From: Candidatus Eremiobacteria bacterium
Lineage (GTDB): Bacteria > Vulcanimicrobiota > Vulcanimicrobiia > Vulcanimicrobiales > Vulcanimicrobiaceae
Direction: 5' to 3'
DNA length: 64,000 bases
Assembly (NCBI GenBank): GCA_963758295.1
Contig: CAVWUU010000004.1
Coordinates: forward strand, 704,001-768,000
Within the stretch, counting starts at the first letter, position 1, and every line of letters starts with the position of its first letter. The notes below the pieces were generated by a model. It was not told the DNA's origin. It worked only from the letters and a program-made list of their open reading frames with translations, and did not search any database. A program made the position numbers and the translations under genes. Of this stretch, positions 39,836 through 50,426 are shown piece after piece.

Positions 39836-40174
39836 ATGGGTGAGCTAGCCAAAAGAGTATGCGTGCCGTGTAGAGGCGGCGTTCCGCCGATGGAGGCGGA
39901 TGAGATTGAACGGATGCGCGAACAGCTCGGTGAGGGGTGGGAAGTGGTAGAGAATCACCACCTGCGCAAAAAGTACAAGTTCAAGAACTTTAGAGAAGCG
40001 CTCGCGTTTACGAATAGAGTCGGCGCGTTAGCGGAAGAGATCGGACATCATCCGGATATCGAGCTTGGATGGGGCCGGGTTGCGCTCGAGATTTGGACGC
40101 ACAAAATCAACGGCTTAGCGGAGAGCGACTTCATCTTTGCGGCGAAGTGCGACGAGTTGGAGAAAACGGCTTAG
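39836..40174 (+). CDS. Pterin-4-alpha-carbinolamine dehydratase
   Basis: 'CVPCRGG', 'AEEIGHHPDI', 'WTHKINGLAESDFIFAAK'. Confidence 0.92.
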   Translation: MGELAKRVCVPCRGGVPPMEADEIERMREQLGEGWEVVENHHLRKKYKFKNFREALAFTNRVGALAEEIGHHPDIELGWGRVALEIWTHKINGLAESDFIFAAKCDELEKTA

Positions 40175-40467
40175 CGGCGATCGCCTGCGGCGGAATCGAC
40201 GCGATAAACGTACGCCAATACTTCGGCGACGACGGCGTAAAGTTCGCGCGGAATGTAATCCGCCACGTCCAAGCGCGCGAGCGCCTCGACCAATCCCGGA
40301 TCTTCGTAAAGCGGAATGTTGCGCTCTTTTGCAATGCGCACGATTTCATCCGCGCTCACGCCGCGTCCAACGGCAAGTACCTGTGGCGGATCGTTCTTTT
40401 GCGGGTCGTACTGCAGCGCCGCGGCTGCCGGCCGGCGGGCGTTTTTGCGAAAATCGAAGAAGTTCAT
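40171..40467 (-). CDS. Stand-alone FlhB C-terminal-like protein (FlhX/YlqH type)
   Basis: 'AAALQY...PQVLAVGRG..ADEIV', 'IPRELYAVVAEVLAYVY'. Confidence 0.9.
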   Translation of the reverse strand: MNFFDFRKNARRPAAAALQYDPQKNDPPQVLAVGRGVSADEIVRIAKERNIPLYEDPGLVEALARLDVADYIPRELYAVVAEVLAYVYRVDSAAGDRR

Positions 40468-42155
40468 GCGCGCATATCTACGTTATTTTTGGAGGCGTCT
40501 CGTTTTGCGGATGGCGGCGTAATCGCGGCCGACGCTTGATTTGCGGGCGCGGTTGCTACGCCCGCGGCCATGGAGGCGACGCGATAGCGCAAACCTTCCA
40601 AACGTCCGCGCAAATCCGAAAGCGAATTGCGAAAGCGCGAAGCCGACGATTGCCGCTCGGTTTTTACGTTTAAGCTTACGCTGCGGCCAACGGTTTGCAA
40701 ATCGATGGCGACGGTTCCCATCGTCTTCGTGTCCAGCACAAACGACACGTGGAAGTTGTCGCCGTCCATCTTTTTGCGGCCGTCGGGCGCATCGCGCGAA
40801 ATCGAGAGTTGCGCGGGCTTCCCGCCGTCGTAAAAATAGGCGGGCAATGGGATGGCGATCGAGCTGGGGTCGTTGGACTGCGCGGAAAGCACGTTCAACT
40901 GAAGCGCCGTTGTGGAACCGAGCGCGCTGCTCAAGGCCTGCGTTACTTGCGGCGTCGTCTCGCGCGGCGGGTTCTGCACCAAGGCCATGATTGCCGATTT
41001 TACGTCGTGATCTAAGGCTACCGTTCGTTCAGCGACGCGCGCTGCTACCGACGGCGGCAAATCCGCGGCCTTTGACGTAAGCGCGGTTTGGGCCGGCGCG
41101 GATAGAGCCGTTTGTTCGGCTTCTTCCGCGACCGTGGTGAGCGCGCGTACGATTTGCGCCACTTTATTTTCGGCACCGTCGACGACATGCGAAACGAACG
41201 CGGCGATTTGTTCGGGAAGCGCGTGAGCATTTCGTAGATCGAGCTTCCCGACGAATGCGAGCAACGAGCGCAACGATCCGACGCGTTGATCGTTTGTTTG
41301 GAGCTTGCCCAACGCTTGATCGAGACGCTGATACGAAGACGTAACGTGGCGCGCCGCGTCGTCGGCAAGGCGCACGGCCACGAGCGTTGATGCGGAAATC
41401 GGAACGCGCAGACGCCCGAGCAACGAAGCTTGCGGTGTTTGGGGCGCCGGGCCCGGAACGCCGCGCGAAATTACCGGCGGGACGTTTCGCAAGGTTGCCG
41501 ATGCGGAAGCCGGACCGGGACGAGCCGGCTGAGCGGGCAACGGTTGCGGCGCGCGCGGCGTGGTCGCCGTGCGATTGACCGCAAGTCGCACTTCCACTTC
41601 GCCGTCTTGTTTCGAGACAGCGACGCGCGGTTGAACCGGAGCGCCGCCGTTGGGGTTGGGCCGGACCGACGCAGCTACAAACACTTCACGGGGCGGCGCA
41701 ATCGTCGGCGGCGGCGCAACGGCCGCCGGCGCCGCCGGCGGCGCCATAGCGCCCTGTGGCGTTGGATCGTTCGTCAGAATTGCGGAGACCACCGCGCCTT
41801 CGGGCGGCGGTTCGAACTCCACGTTCACCACCGCCGGCGGGTTTTCGGGATCGATCGTGCCGAGATTGCGAACGAAAATCTGCTGACCTTGAAATCCCGT
41901 GACCTGCAACAGCATCGATTCGCCCGGGTCGATCCCGGGCGGCAACTGCGCCGCGATAGTCTGACCCAGCAGCGAAATGCGGTCGACGCCGTTTTGCGGA
42001 GGCAACACAAGCGCATCGAGAAGGTCGCCGACGTTGATCTGCGCCTGCAGAACCTCTGCCGATACACCAAGATCGACGGCCGTATCCGCCGTAAAATTCT
42101 GTGCCGCAAGCGCCGCGCGGGCTGCAATGGCGGTTAGCGGATCGAGATTCGACAC
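40464..42155 (-). CDS. Second FliK-like protein
   Basis: Pro-rich middle; C-terminal 'FVLDTKTMGTVAIDL...LRGRLEGL' resembles a FliK C domain; next to the FlhB-C-like gene. Confidence 0.6.
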   Translation of the reverse strand: MSNLDPLTAIAARAALAAQNFTADTAVDLGVSAEVLQAQINVGDLLDALVLPPQNGVDRISLLGQTIAAQLPPGIDPGESMLLQVTGFQGQQIFVRNLGTIDPENPPAVVNVEFEPPPEGAVVSAILTNDPTPQGAMAPPAAPAAVAPPPTIAPPREVFVAASVRPNPNGGAPVQPRVAVSKQDGEVEVRLAVNRTATTPRAPQPLPAQPARPGPASASATLRNVPPVISRGVPGPAPQTPQASLLGRLRVPISASTLVAVRLADDAARHVTSSYQRLDQALGKLQTNDQRVGSLRSLLAFVGKLDLRNAHALPEQIAAFVSHVVDGAENKVAQIVRALTTVAEEAEQTALSAPAQTALTSKAADLPPSVAARVAERTVALDHDVKSAIMALVQNPPRETTPQVTQALSSALGSTTALQLNVLSAQSNDPSSIAIPLPAYFYDGGKPAQLSISRDAPDGRKKMDGDNFHVSFVLDTKTMGTVAIDLQTVGRSVSLNVKTERQSSASRFRNSLSDLRGRLEGLRYRVASMAAGVATAPANQASAAITPPSAKRDASKNNVDMRA

Positions 42156-42167
42156 GCGGCTAAGGCT

Positions 42168-42491
42168 CTAAACGGTGACGTCGATGAAGTGCTCGCCGTC
42201 GCCGGCCAGCCCGAGGGCGTTGCCTTCATCTTCGTAAGGGCCGCGACGCTGCCGTTGCTGCGGGGTATATCCCTGTCCGCCCTGATGGCCGTCGGCGTTC
42301 GTCTGAATCAGCGAACCGTGCGCAGACTGCGTCTGTTCGACAGTCTCTTCGCGCTTTTCGAGTTCGGCGGCGAAGGTTGCCTGGGCCGCCTGTTGAGCCG
42401 CTTGCGGAGCGTTCTGGGCGCTGTTAACCTGGGCCGCGCTCTGTGGAGCGGCCATATAAGCCAGTTGAAGATCCACTGGGCGAATCGCCAT
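42168..42491 (-). CDS. Conserved hypothetical protein of flagellar loci
   Basis: 'MAIRPVDLQ...GEHFIDVTV' termini. Confidence 0.7.
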   Translation of the reverse strand: MAIRPVDLQLAYMAAPQSAAQVNSAQNAPQAAQQAAQATFAAELEKREETVEQTQSAHGSLIQTNADGHQGGQGYTPQQRQRRGPYEDEGNALGLAGDGEHFIDVTV

Positions 42492-43359
42492 TGCCCGTTA
42501 CTTCCCCCCGCAACGTGCGTTCTACTTTACTATCGGCCTCTTCGGCCGGCGGCTGAGGCTTCCGGAGGTACTTTTGCTTGATGTTCGGGTCGCCTTCGCG
42601 ATAGCCCAGGTCCTCGCGCAGCTCACGCAACCGTTGACGCAGATGGATAACGGCTTGGGCGTGGATTTGCGAAACGCGTGACTCCGACACCCCGAGTGCG
42701 CCCTTGATCTCTTTGAGCGTCTGCCCCTCGAAGTAATAGAGTCTGATAACGGTGCGCTCTTGCGGCGGCAGATTTTCGACCGCTTGCACGAGTTCGGTGC
42801 GGACTTCACGAGATTCGACTTCGCTTGTGACGTCGTTGCCCTCGTCGCGCAGCGTATCGACGAGCGGGATTTCGTAGCCCTTTTCGTTCGGCAGAAACTC
42901 TTCAAGCGAAAGCACGGCGGTGCCGCGCACGCGCTGGACAACTTGATCGAACTCCTTGCGCGTCAGGTTCATCCGAGCCGCAACTTCGTCGTCGGTTGGA
43001 ACCCGGCCGAGTTCGGTCTCCAATTCATGATGCGTCCGCTCCAGTTCGCGGGCCCGCTGGCGAACGGCACGCGGCACCCAGTCGAGCGAACGAAGCGCGT
43101 CGAGAATAGCCCCGTTGATACGGGTGATCGCGTAGGTTTCGAACTTCACCCCGCGCGCGTCATCGTACTTTTCGATCGCGTCGATCAAACCCAAAATGCC
43201 GTCGTTTATGAGATCGTTGATCTCAACGTTCGGCGGAAGATTGACGGAGATTCGACCGGCCACGTACTTCACCAAGTGCAAGTACTTGTGAACGATCTCT
43301 TCTCTCGAAAGCTCGATGCCGCCGATGACGTAGCGACGGGGACTACGGCTCAGCTTCAT
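42424..43359 (-). CDS. fliA: RNA polymerase sigma-28 factor (FliA/SigD/WhiG family)
   Basis: 'GLIDAIEKYD..RGVKFETYA..RINGAILDALRSLDWVPR', 'GVSESRVSQIH'. Confidence 0.95.
   Translation of the reverse strand: MKLSRSPRRYVIGGIELSREEIVHKYLHLVKYVAGRISVNLPPNVEINDLINDGILGLIDAIEKYDDARGVKFETYAITRINGAILDALRSLDWVPRAVRQRARELERTHHELETELGRVPTDDEVAARMNLTRKEFDQVVQRVRGTAVLSLEEFLPNEKGYEIPLVDTLRDEGNDVTSEVESREVRTELVQAVENLPPQERTVIRLYYFEGQTLKEIKGALGVSESRVSQIHAQAVIHLRQRLRELREDLGYREGDPNIKQKYLRKPQPPAEEADSKVERTLRGEVTGNGDSPSGSSTGLYGRSTERGPG
42530..42556 (-). promoter_or_regulatory. Putative sigma-28 promoter inside the fliA 3' end
   Basis: TCAG-N15-GCCGATAG. Confidence 0.45.
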
Positions 43360-43457
43360 GCAACCCCGAGTGCCATGCGTCCGCGCATGACCGAGCAGAT
43401 ATTCACAGATTCCACAAAGCCTCCTACCCTACGAAACATGTCCATGACGCCTGGGCG

Positions 43458-44531
43458 TTAAGTCTTTGCTACGGAAGTCAGATCCGTGATGATGGCAGCG
43501 ATTTCGTTCAAAGGTGCAACGCGATCTACGAGGCCTTCTTTGGCGACTGCGCGGGGCATACCGTACACGACGCACGTTGCTTCATCTTGTCCGATGACGT
43601 AACCGCCGCGCTCCTTAAGCCTGCGCAAACCTCTAACCCCATCTTGCCCCATTCCAGTCAAGATAACGCCGAGCGCCGCGGGGCCAAAAACGTCCGCGAC
43701 TTCTTCGGTCATCGAATCGACGCTCGGGACATGCAGCGACGAACCGTCGTCGTCTACTAGCCGCACCTCGGTTTCGCCGGGCGACCGCCGGCGAAGCGAT
43801 ACTTGCTTGCCTGAAGGGACGACGAGCGCGGTACCGGCTTCCAGAACCATGCCGTTGGCAGCTTCATGCACCGTTATTTTGCTTTGCGAGTTCAAACGGT
43901 CTGCAAGCGGACGCGTGAAGCCGAGCGGCATGTGTTGCACGATGAGGATGGGCACGGGAAAGTTTGCCGGGAGTCGCGGGATGACGTGAGAGAGTGCGAC
44001 CGGGCCGCCGGTCGAAGTGCCGATGGCGACACATTGGAATCGCGCATCGCTCGGCACGCGCGGAACCGACAGGCGTAGCGGCGGAACGAAGCCGCGTTCG
44101 GCAACCGGCGCCGGTTGCGGCCGCGGTGAGGCACCGCGGCGCACGACTGCGCGAATTTTACTGATGAGGTCGCGCGCAACGTCGGTGATGTTCACGTAGG
44201 CCGCGTCGGGTTTCGGGATAAAATCGACGGCGCCCAGCTCGAGCGCGCGGAACGTCGTTTCGGCGCCCTCTCGCGTGAGCGAGCTGCACATGATGATCGG
44301 AATGCGGTGATCGGCGACGATCTGCCGGACCGCTTCGAGGCCGCCCATGCCGGGCATCTCAACGTCCATCGTAATGACGTCCGGGCCGAACTGCTGCACC
44401 TTGCCGATCGCCTCTTCGCCGCTGCGCGCGGTCGCGACGACGCGAATGTCGGCTTCGTTTTCCAACATTTTCGTAATGGCGCGGCGCATGAACGCGGAGT
44501 CGTCGGTTACAAGAACGTTGATCGAATCCAT
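43458..44531 (-). CDS. cheB: Chemotaxis methylesterase CheB (REC + methylesterase)
   Basis: 'DDSAFMR', 'GTSTGGP', 'VQHMP', 'ILTGMGQDG', 'VVYGMP'. Confidence 0.97.
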   Translation of the reverse strand: MDSINVLVTDDSAFMRRAITKMLENEADIRVVATARSGEEAIGKVQQFGPDVITMDVEMPGMGGLEAVRQIVADHRIPIIMCSSLTREGAETTFRALELGAVDFIPKPDAAYVNITDVARDLISKIRAVVRRGASPRPQPAPVAERGFVPPLRLSVPRVPSDARFQCVAIGTSTGGPVALSHVIPRLPANFPVPILIVQHMPLGFTRPLADRLNSQSKITVHEAANGMVLEAGTALVVPSGKQVSLRRRSPGETEVRLVDDDGSSLHVPSVDSMTEEVADVFGPAALGVILTGMGQDGVRGLRRLKERGGYVIGQDEATCVVYGMPRAVAKEGLVDRVAPLNEIAAIITDLTSVAKT

Positions 44532-44535
44532 GTCG

Positions 44536-45357
44536 TCATTTCCGTTGGTAGTAAATCGCCTTAGGCGAGATGACCGGTTCGTAGAGATCCGTTAAGCGCA
44601 TTATCGATTCGGCATGACCCAGAAACAAATACCCACCGGGTCGCAGCGCGTTGGCAAACGCCTCAACGACGCGTTTTTGCGTCGGTTTATCAAAATAGAT
44701 AAGCACGTTGCGGCAAAAGATCGCGTCGAAGGTTCCCATGCTTGCCACCGCCCGGGATTCGAGCAGGTTCAAACGCGAGAACTCGACCATTCGCTTGATG
44801 TCGTCATTGATGAAGAAACCGCCTTCAAAAGGGCGGAAGTACTTCTGGACCATCTCGGGCGCGGTCGCCCGGAAAGAGAGCTCGCGATAGAACCCGGTGT
44901 TGGCTTTCTCCAGGGCGCGGGGCGAGAGGTCTGTCGCACGAATCGTCAGGGCGCTCGAGGCAAGCTTTCGCGTTTGCGCGAGCATCATCGCAATCGTGAA
45001 GGGTTCTTCGCCGGTCGAGCATGCCGAAGACCAGATGCGAAGCCTCCCGCCCGTTTTCGCCGCTTCGTCGACGACTTGAGTCGCCAGCACGTCGAGCTGC
45101 GCGCGTTCGCGGAAGAAATACGTTTCGTTGTTGCTCAGGACCGATGCCAGCTCAGCCCACTCTTTCTCGCGCTCGAGCGACGTCGTGAGATAAGTAAAGT
45201 ACGCGCCGAAATCGTTCAGACGGCATTTCAACAACCGCGTCTGCAAGCGGCTCTGCAACAAGAACTGCTTCGTATCGTCGTAATAAATGCCGAACCGTTC
45301 GCGAATGATATCGCGAAGCGCTTGGAACTCCGTTTCCGTAATAGCTATCGTCGACAC
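44536..45357 (-). CDS. cheR: Chemotaxis methyltransferase CheR
   Basis: 'NETYFFRE', '[11 protein letters not shown]', 'CRNVLIYFD', 'GHAES'. Confidence 0.97.
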   Translation of the reverse strand: MSTIAITETEFQALRDIIRERFGIYYDDTKQFLLQSRLQTRLLKCRLNDFGAYFTYLTTSLEREKEWAELASVLSNNETYFFRERAQLDVLATQVVDEAAKTGGRLRIWSSACSTGEEPFTIAMMLAQTRKLASSALTIRATDLSPRALEKANTGFYRELSFRATAPEMVQKYFRPFEGGFFINDDIKRMVEFSRLNLLESRAVASMGTFDAIFCRNVLIYFDKPTQKRVVEAFANALRPGGYLFLGHAESIMRLTDLYEPVISPKAIYYQRK

Positions 45358-45406
45358 GCGTCAGTTGATCCGGTGGCGCAGGGTTCTTGCCTCTGAGCCC
45401 TTTAGC

Positions 45407-46612
45407 CTATGCCAGCAGGGAACGCGCGCCGAAACGCAGCGCCTGCACGTATAAGCAAAGCCGGTCGAACGGTGTCCGCTCGTGGTCTTCGCGCTGCAAA
45501 GCGTCTGCAAAACGCGGCGAGGCCGCGAGCTGCTCGAACAGGAAGCCGTAACGCACGGGCCGCTCTTCCAGGAACCGCATCAGCTTCACCCGGTGCGCAA
45601 GCCGTCGCGCAAAACGCTTGGTCAGCCGGGCGGCATAGCGTTCGGCGCTCTTTGCCGCGTCATTGCGATGTTCCCCAACCGCGTCGCTCGCAAATCGCCC
45701 GCTCATCGCGGCTTCGAAAATCCCTTCGCCGTTCGTCGCGTCCACCAGCCCGGCGGCCGTGCCGCCGATCATTACACCGTCCGATCCGACCTCCGCTCGC
45801 GGCAAACCGCCGTACAGCAAATGACCCTCTTCTTTGACCCGCATCACCCTCGCGTCGGGATAAAGCCGCGTTCGCACACGCTCGGTAAATTCATCGAGTT
45901 CCTCGCGCAGGACGCTGCCTTCCAATTTCCCTATCAAACCGAGACCTATCGCGAGATGATCGCGTTTGGGAAACATCCATGCTACGATTTGGCGTCCGTC
46001 GCGCGCCGGGTAGTAATGCAGTTCCAGCGTTTGGTAAGCAATGGCAGCGGCCGGACGATCGAGGTACACGCGGTACTGCAAGGTCGTCATCAAACCGTCG
46101 CGCCAACGCTCGTCGACGAAATGGCGAGCTGCGCTCAGCGATTCGAAACGAGCGGTTGCGCCTTGCGCCAGGAAGACATGACGCGCACGAATGCGCTGGC
46201 GCGTACCGCGTTGCAAGTCCGCGTATTCGACGATCGTCGAGCCGGCGTCACGTTCGAACGAGCGAAGCAACGATTGCGTTCGTATTTCTGCGCCCGCGGC
46301 ACTCGCAAGCCGCGCCATCGTTCCGTCGAGCTCCTCGCGCGTTGACGTGTGTCCGGGACCGAAGAACACTTCGTGCTCGCGGGCATTCGTGTCGAAGAGC
46401 GCTAAGCGCGGCGTATCACAGTGCACGATTTCGCGCGGCAAGTCGAACGTCTCGCAAAAGCGCGGGCGCAATCCCGCGGCGCAAACGCGTTTCGCACCGA
46501 CCACGGCGTCTTTTTCCAGCACGACGGTATGAATGCCGCGGGAAGCCGCCTCACGCGCGGCCTGCGCACCGGCCGGCCCGCATCCCGCCACTAGAAACTC
46601 GACGTTTTCCAT
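45407..46612 (-). CDS. FAD-dependent oxidoreductase, geranylgeranyl reductase family
   Basis: 'GCGPAG', 'KRVCAAG', 'WMFPK', 'AAGLVDATNGEGIFEA'. Confidence 0.8.
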   Translation of the reverse strand: MENVEFLVAGCGPAGAQAAREAASRGIHTVVLEKDAVVGAKRVCAAGLRPRFCETFDLPREIVHCDTPRLALFDTNAREHEVFFGPGHTSTREELDGTMARLASAAGAEIRTQSLLRSFERDAGSTIVEYADLQRGTRQRIRARHVFLAQGATARFESLSAARHFVDERWRDGLMTTLQYRVYLDRPAAAIAYQTLELHYYPARDGRQIVAWMFPKRDHLAIGLGLIGKLEGSVLREELDEFTERVRTRLYPDARVMRVKEEGHLLYGGLPRAEVGSDGVMIGGTAAGLVDATNGEGIFEAAMSGRFASDAVGEHRNDAAKSAERYAARLTKRFARRLAHRVKLMRFLEERPVRYGFLFEQLAASPRFADALQREDHERTPFDRLCLYVQALRFGARSLLA

Positions 46613-46666
46613 TGCTTCCTCTGTTGCGACTTAAAGCGTCGAGGTCCCGTCTAAAAGCGGCGCGAA

Positions 46667-47224
46667 ATGCAAATCCCCGTAATGAAAGAGCATAGTCCCC
46701 GCAACTACTTGAATCTTCCGCTGGGCGAGAATCAACCCGACGAAATCAACGTCATCGTTGAAATCCCGGAGAAGTCGCGGAACAAGTATGAATACGACAA
46801 AACGCTTGATATCTTCCGTTTGGACCGCGCACTCCATTCGGCAATTCACTATCCGGGCGACTATGGTTTTGCGCCGCAAACGCTGGCATTGGACGACGAT
46901 CCGCTCGACGTCCTCGTCCTCGTAATCGAACCGACGTTCCCAGGCTGCCTCGAAGCCGCGCGCCCGATCGGCTTGCTGGAAATGATCGACGGCGGCAAAG
47001 AAGACGACAAGATTCTCGCGGTTCCGGTCGGTGAACCGGCATTCGAAGAGATTTACAACTACACGCAGATTTTTCCGCACCTTTTGCGCAAAGTCTCGCA
47101 CTTCTTCGAAACCTACAAAGCGCTCGAAGGCAAGAAGACGCAAGTGGGCGAGTGGCGTGACGCCGCACACGCGCGCCGCGTGATCGCTGAATCGCACGAA
47201 CGTTTCCGCCAGCAAGGAAAGTAG
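46667..47224 (+). CDS. ppa: Soluble inorganic pyrophosphatase (family I)
   Basis: 'KYEYD', 'YPGDYGF', 'DDDPLDVL', 'FFETYKALE'. Confidence 0.95.
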   Translation: MQIPVMKEHSPRNYLNLPLGENQPDEINVIVEIPEKSRNKYEYDKTLDIFRLDRALHSAIHYPGDYGFAPQTLALDDDPLDVLVLVIEPTFPGCLEAARPIGLLEMIDGGKEDDKILAVPVGEPAFEEIYNYTQIFPHLLRKVSHFFETYKALEGKKTQVGEWRDAAHARRVIAESHERFRQQGK

Positions 47225-47371
47225 GCGGCAGCTCAAACGCTTCCGCTAAAAGTCGCATCGCGGAAAAAGTCGCATAAGCGACAAAGGACTCACTACTCCT
47301 ATCGCAGTACGCACGGCGTGAAGCGGCGCTCTTAGGGCGCCTCTATGCTGCTACTACTATAAGGAAAATAC

Positions 47372-49486
47372 GTGACGTCTCAATCCGCGATATTGGCCGG
47401 GTTGGTCGGTGGCGCGCTCGCCGTAATTTACGGAATTGTCTTGACCTTCTGGGTCTTGAGACAACCGGACGGCAACGAGCGCATGAAGCAGATCGCCGCG
47501 GCTATCCAAGAAGGCGCGATGGCCTTCCTCCAACGTCAGTACACCACGATCGGGATCGTAGCCATTGTGCTCGCGATCCTGATTTTTATCGCGCCCGGCC
47601 TTGGCTGGCAAGCGGCGCTCGGGTTCCTGGTCGGCGCGATCTTGTCGGGAGCCGCCGGCTTCATCGGCATGATCGTTTCGGTTCGGGCCAACGTGCGCAC
47701 CGCCGAGGCGGCGCGCGGCGGCCTCGGGCCGGCGCTCAATGTAGCCTTCCGCGGTGGTACGGTGACGGGCATGCTAGTCGTTGGCCTGGGCTTACTGGCG
47801 GTGTCGGGCTACTATGCCTTCCTGCTTCAGGTGAATCATGGCGACGCGACGCGATCGCTCGCGGCGATGGTCGGATTGGCCTTCGGCTGCTCGCTGATCT
47901 CGGTCTTCGCTCGTCTCGGCGGCGGCATTTATACGAAGGCGGCGGACGTCGGTGCGGATTTGGTCGGCAAAGTGGAGGCCGGCATTCCCGAAGACGACCC
48001 GCGCAATCCGGCCGTAATCGCGGATAACGTCGGTGACAACGTAGGCGACTGCGCCGGCATGGCGGCCGATCTCTTCGAGACGTATTGCGTAACGACGGTC
48101 GCGGCAATGCTGCTTGGAAATCTCGTCTTCGGCGATAAATGGCCGAACGCGACGACATTTCCGCTACTGCTCGGCGCTTTCTCGATCGTGGCGTCGATTA
48201 TCGGTTCTTGGCTCGTCGGAATCGGCAAGGTCGACCGTGCGCGGATCATGAGTTCGCTGTACACCGGCATGATCGTCGCCGGCATCCTCGCGCTTATCGC
48301 ATTCTTCTTCCTCTCCAAAGCCGTATTCACCGACGCTTCGGGAGTCAGCGGCACTTCGATCTTTATCTGCGCGCTCGTCGGCGTTTTAATCACCGGTGCT
48401 ATTACGTACATCACGGAGTATTACACCGGCACGCAGTTCTCGCCGGTGCAACGCATCGCGAAAGCTTCGATCACGGGACACGCAACGAACATGATCGCGG
48501 GACTTGCCGTTTCCATGCAAGGAACGGCGTTGCCGGCCATCGTCATCGTCATCGGCATTCTCGTCAGCTATACGCTCGACGGAACGTACGGCGTCGGCAT
48601 CGCCGTCATGGCAATGCTTTCCCTTGCCGGCATCGTTGTCGCGATCGACTCGTTCGGCCCGATCACCGATAACGCGGGCGGCATCGCGGAAATGGCCGAA
48701 ATGCCGGAGGACGTTCGCAACGTCACCGATCCGCTCGACGCCGTCGGCAATACAACGAAGGCGGTAACCAAAGGTTATGCGATTGGTTCGGCTGCTCTCG
48801 CCGCCGTCGTCTTGTTTGCATCGTTCTTACAAGAGCTGATCAAAGCCAAATGCGGCGGAGGGGCTTCAAATCCGACCGCGTGCGCGGCAAGCGTTACGAA
48901 TCTTTTCGCGATCGGCAATCCCTATGTGCTTGCCGGACTCTTCATCGGCGGCTTGCTGCCGTATCTGTTCGCCTCGCTTGCAATGGAAGCCGTGGGACGC
49001 GCGGCGGGATCCGTCGTCGAGGAAGTGCGCCGTCAGTTCCGCGAGATTCCGGGCATCATGGAGGGCACCGCGAAACCCAACTACGGGACCACCGTAGGTA
49101 TCGTTACGTCGGCTGCGCTCAAAGAAATGATCGTTCCAGCGCTGATTCCGGTCGGCGTTCCCGTCGTCGTGGTGCTCTTGAGCGTTTTCAACATCCTCAA
49201 AGGCGACACGGCTGCACAAATGATGGGCGGCATTCTCGTAGGCTCCATCGTCACCGGCCTTTTCGTCGCCATCTCGATGACAACGGGCGGCGGTGCGTGG
49301 GACAACGCCAAGAAGTACATCGAAGACGGCCACTACGGCGGCAAGGGTTCTACCGCCCATCAGGCGGCCGTCACCGGCGACACGGTCGGCGATCCGTACA
49401 AAGACACGGCGGGTCCGGCCATCAACCCGATGATCAAGGTCTTGAACATCGTAGCGCTGCTGCTGGTGGGCTTCTTAGTCCATTAG
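47372..49486 (+). CDS. hppA: Membrane H+-translocating pyrophosphatase, K+-independent type
   Basis: '[11 protein letters not shown]', 'DNVGDNVGD', 'GNTTKA' (Lys variant), '[10 protein letters not shown]'. Confidence 0.95.
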   Translation: MTSQSAILAGLVGGALAVIYGIVLTFWVLRQPDGNERMKQIAAAIQEGAMAFLQRQYTTIGIVAIVLAILIFIAPGLGWQAALGFLVGAILSGAAGFIGMIVSVRANVRTAEAARGGLGPALNVAFRGGTVTGMLVVGLGLLAVSGYYAFLLQVNHGDATRSLAAMVGLAFGCSLISVFARLGGGIYTKAADVGADLVGKVEAGIPEDDPRNPAVIADNVGDNVGDCAGMAADLFETYCVTTVAAMLLGNLVFGDKWPNATTFPLLLGAFSIVASIIGSWLVGIGKVDRARIMSSLYTGMIVAGILALIAFFFLSKAVFTDASGVSGTSIFICALVGVLITGAITYITEYYTGTQFSPVQRIAKASITGHATNMIAGLAVSMQGTALPAIVIVIGILVSYTLDGTYGVGIAVMAMLSLAGIVVAIDSFGPITDNAGGIAEMAEMPEDVRNVTDPLDAVGNTTKAVTKGYAIGSAALAAVVLFASFLQELIKAKCGGGASNPTACAASVTNLFAIGNPYVLAGLFIGGLLPYLFASLAMEAVGRAAGSVVEEVRRQFREIPGIMEGTAKPNYGTTVGIVTSAALKEMIVPALIPVGVPVVVVLLSVFNILKGDTAAQMMGGILVGSIVTGLFVAISMTTGGGAWDNAKKYIEDGHYGGKGSTAHQAAVTGDTVGDPYKDTAGPAINPMIKVLNIVALLLVGFLVH

Positions 49487-49526
49487 AGGATTAGGCCGAG
49501 GGCCTGATCCACGGTTGGTGTGAAAA

Positions 49527-49565
49527 CAAAAGCGGGCTTCCCATGCGAGGCCCGCTTCGTTTTTG
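49527..49565 (+). terminator. Intrinsic terminator
   Basis: aagcgggcttc...gaggcccgctt followed by cgttttt. Confidence 0.7.
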
Positions 49566-49600
49566 GAACGAGATCGGCCGGGCGACACGTTTAGTAGAAT

Positions 49601-50392
49601 GTGGGAAGAAATCAATTGATGCGTACGATTGCTCGGCTAGGTCTCGGGACTGCCGTTTCTCTGAGTCTGCTTCTTAGCGCCATGGCGCCGGCTTCGGCGC
49701 TAAACGACCAGCAGCAATGGGAGATGCAGATCGGTCAGCAAGAGTATCAGCAACTGCAGCAGCAGGGCGTGATCGTCCAATCCTCGCCGTACTACAAGGT
49801 TTTGGAGCCGATTGCCAAGCGAATTTCCGCCGTTGCAGATCAAAAATACTTCACACCGTTCCATTTCATCTTGGTCAAAGACAGCCAGCCCAACGCTTTT
49901 GCGGTTCCCGGCGGCAACGTGTACGTGACGACCGCCATGATGACGTTCGCGCAAAATCAGGAAGAGCTGGCCGGCGTTCTGTGTCACGAAACGTCGCACG
50001 ACATTCACCACGACGTTTACAACCTGGCGCAAAAAGACCAAAACTTGCAGATCGGAGCAACGCTCATCGGGCTGCTGGTGGGTCGCAGCCAGATGGGCAA
50101 TCTGGCGGTGAACTTCCTCGCAAACGCGCAGGCGATGAACTTCTCCCGCGCCGTAGAAAGTAACGCAGATCATCTCGGCGCGTACACGTGCGCCCAGGCC
50201 GGCTACAACCCGTGGGGCATGGTGTGGCTGTTCAAACGCTTTGAAACAAAGCCGAGCGGCGTGCCGCTGGAGATGCTTTCCGACCACCCGCGCGATGACC
50301 ACCGCGTAAGCGACCTCCAGAACGAGTTCCACGACAACCCGGGAACGTTCGGACGCTTTAGTTCCAACGAGAATACGGCGCACAAACTCTAG
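49601..50392 (+). CDS. M48 family metallopeptidase, secreted
   Basis: 'PNAFAVPGG', 'HETSH', 'FSRAVESNAD', 'SDHP'. Confidence 0.9.
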   Translation: MGRNQLMRTIARLGLGTAVSLSLLLSAMAPASALNDQQQWEMQIGQQEYQQLQQQGVIVQSSPYYKVLEPIAKRISAVADQKYFTPFHFILVKDSQPNAFAVPGGNVYVTTAMMTFAQNQEELAGVLCHETSHDIHHDVYNLAQKDQNLQIGATLIGLLVGRSQMGNLAVNFLANAQAMNFSRAVESNADHLGAYTCAQAGYNPWGMVWLFKRFETKPSGVPLEMLSDHPRDDHRVSDLQNEFHDNPGTFGRFSSNENTAHKL

Positions 50393-50426
50393 CGGGAGTG
50401 CGGGAGCAGCTCGCGTACTTACTCGC

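Noticed and set aside
45407..46612. bchP/chlP (photosynthesis) call
   Set aside because: Only family-level geranylgeranyl reductase motifs, and no photosynthesis genes nearby.
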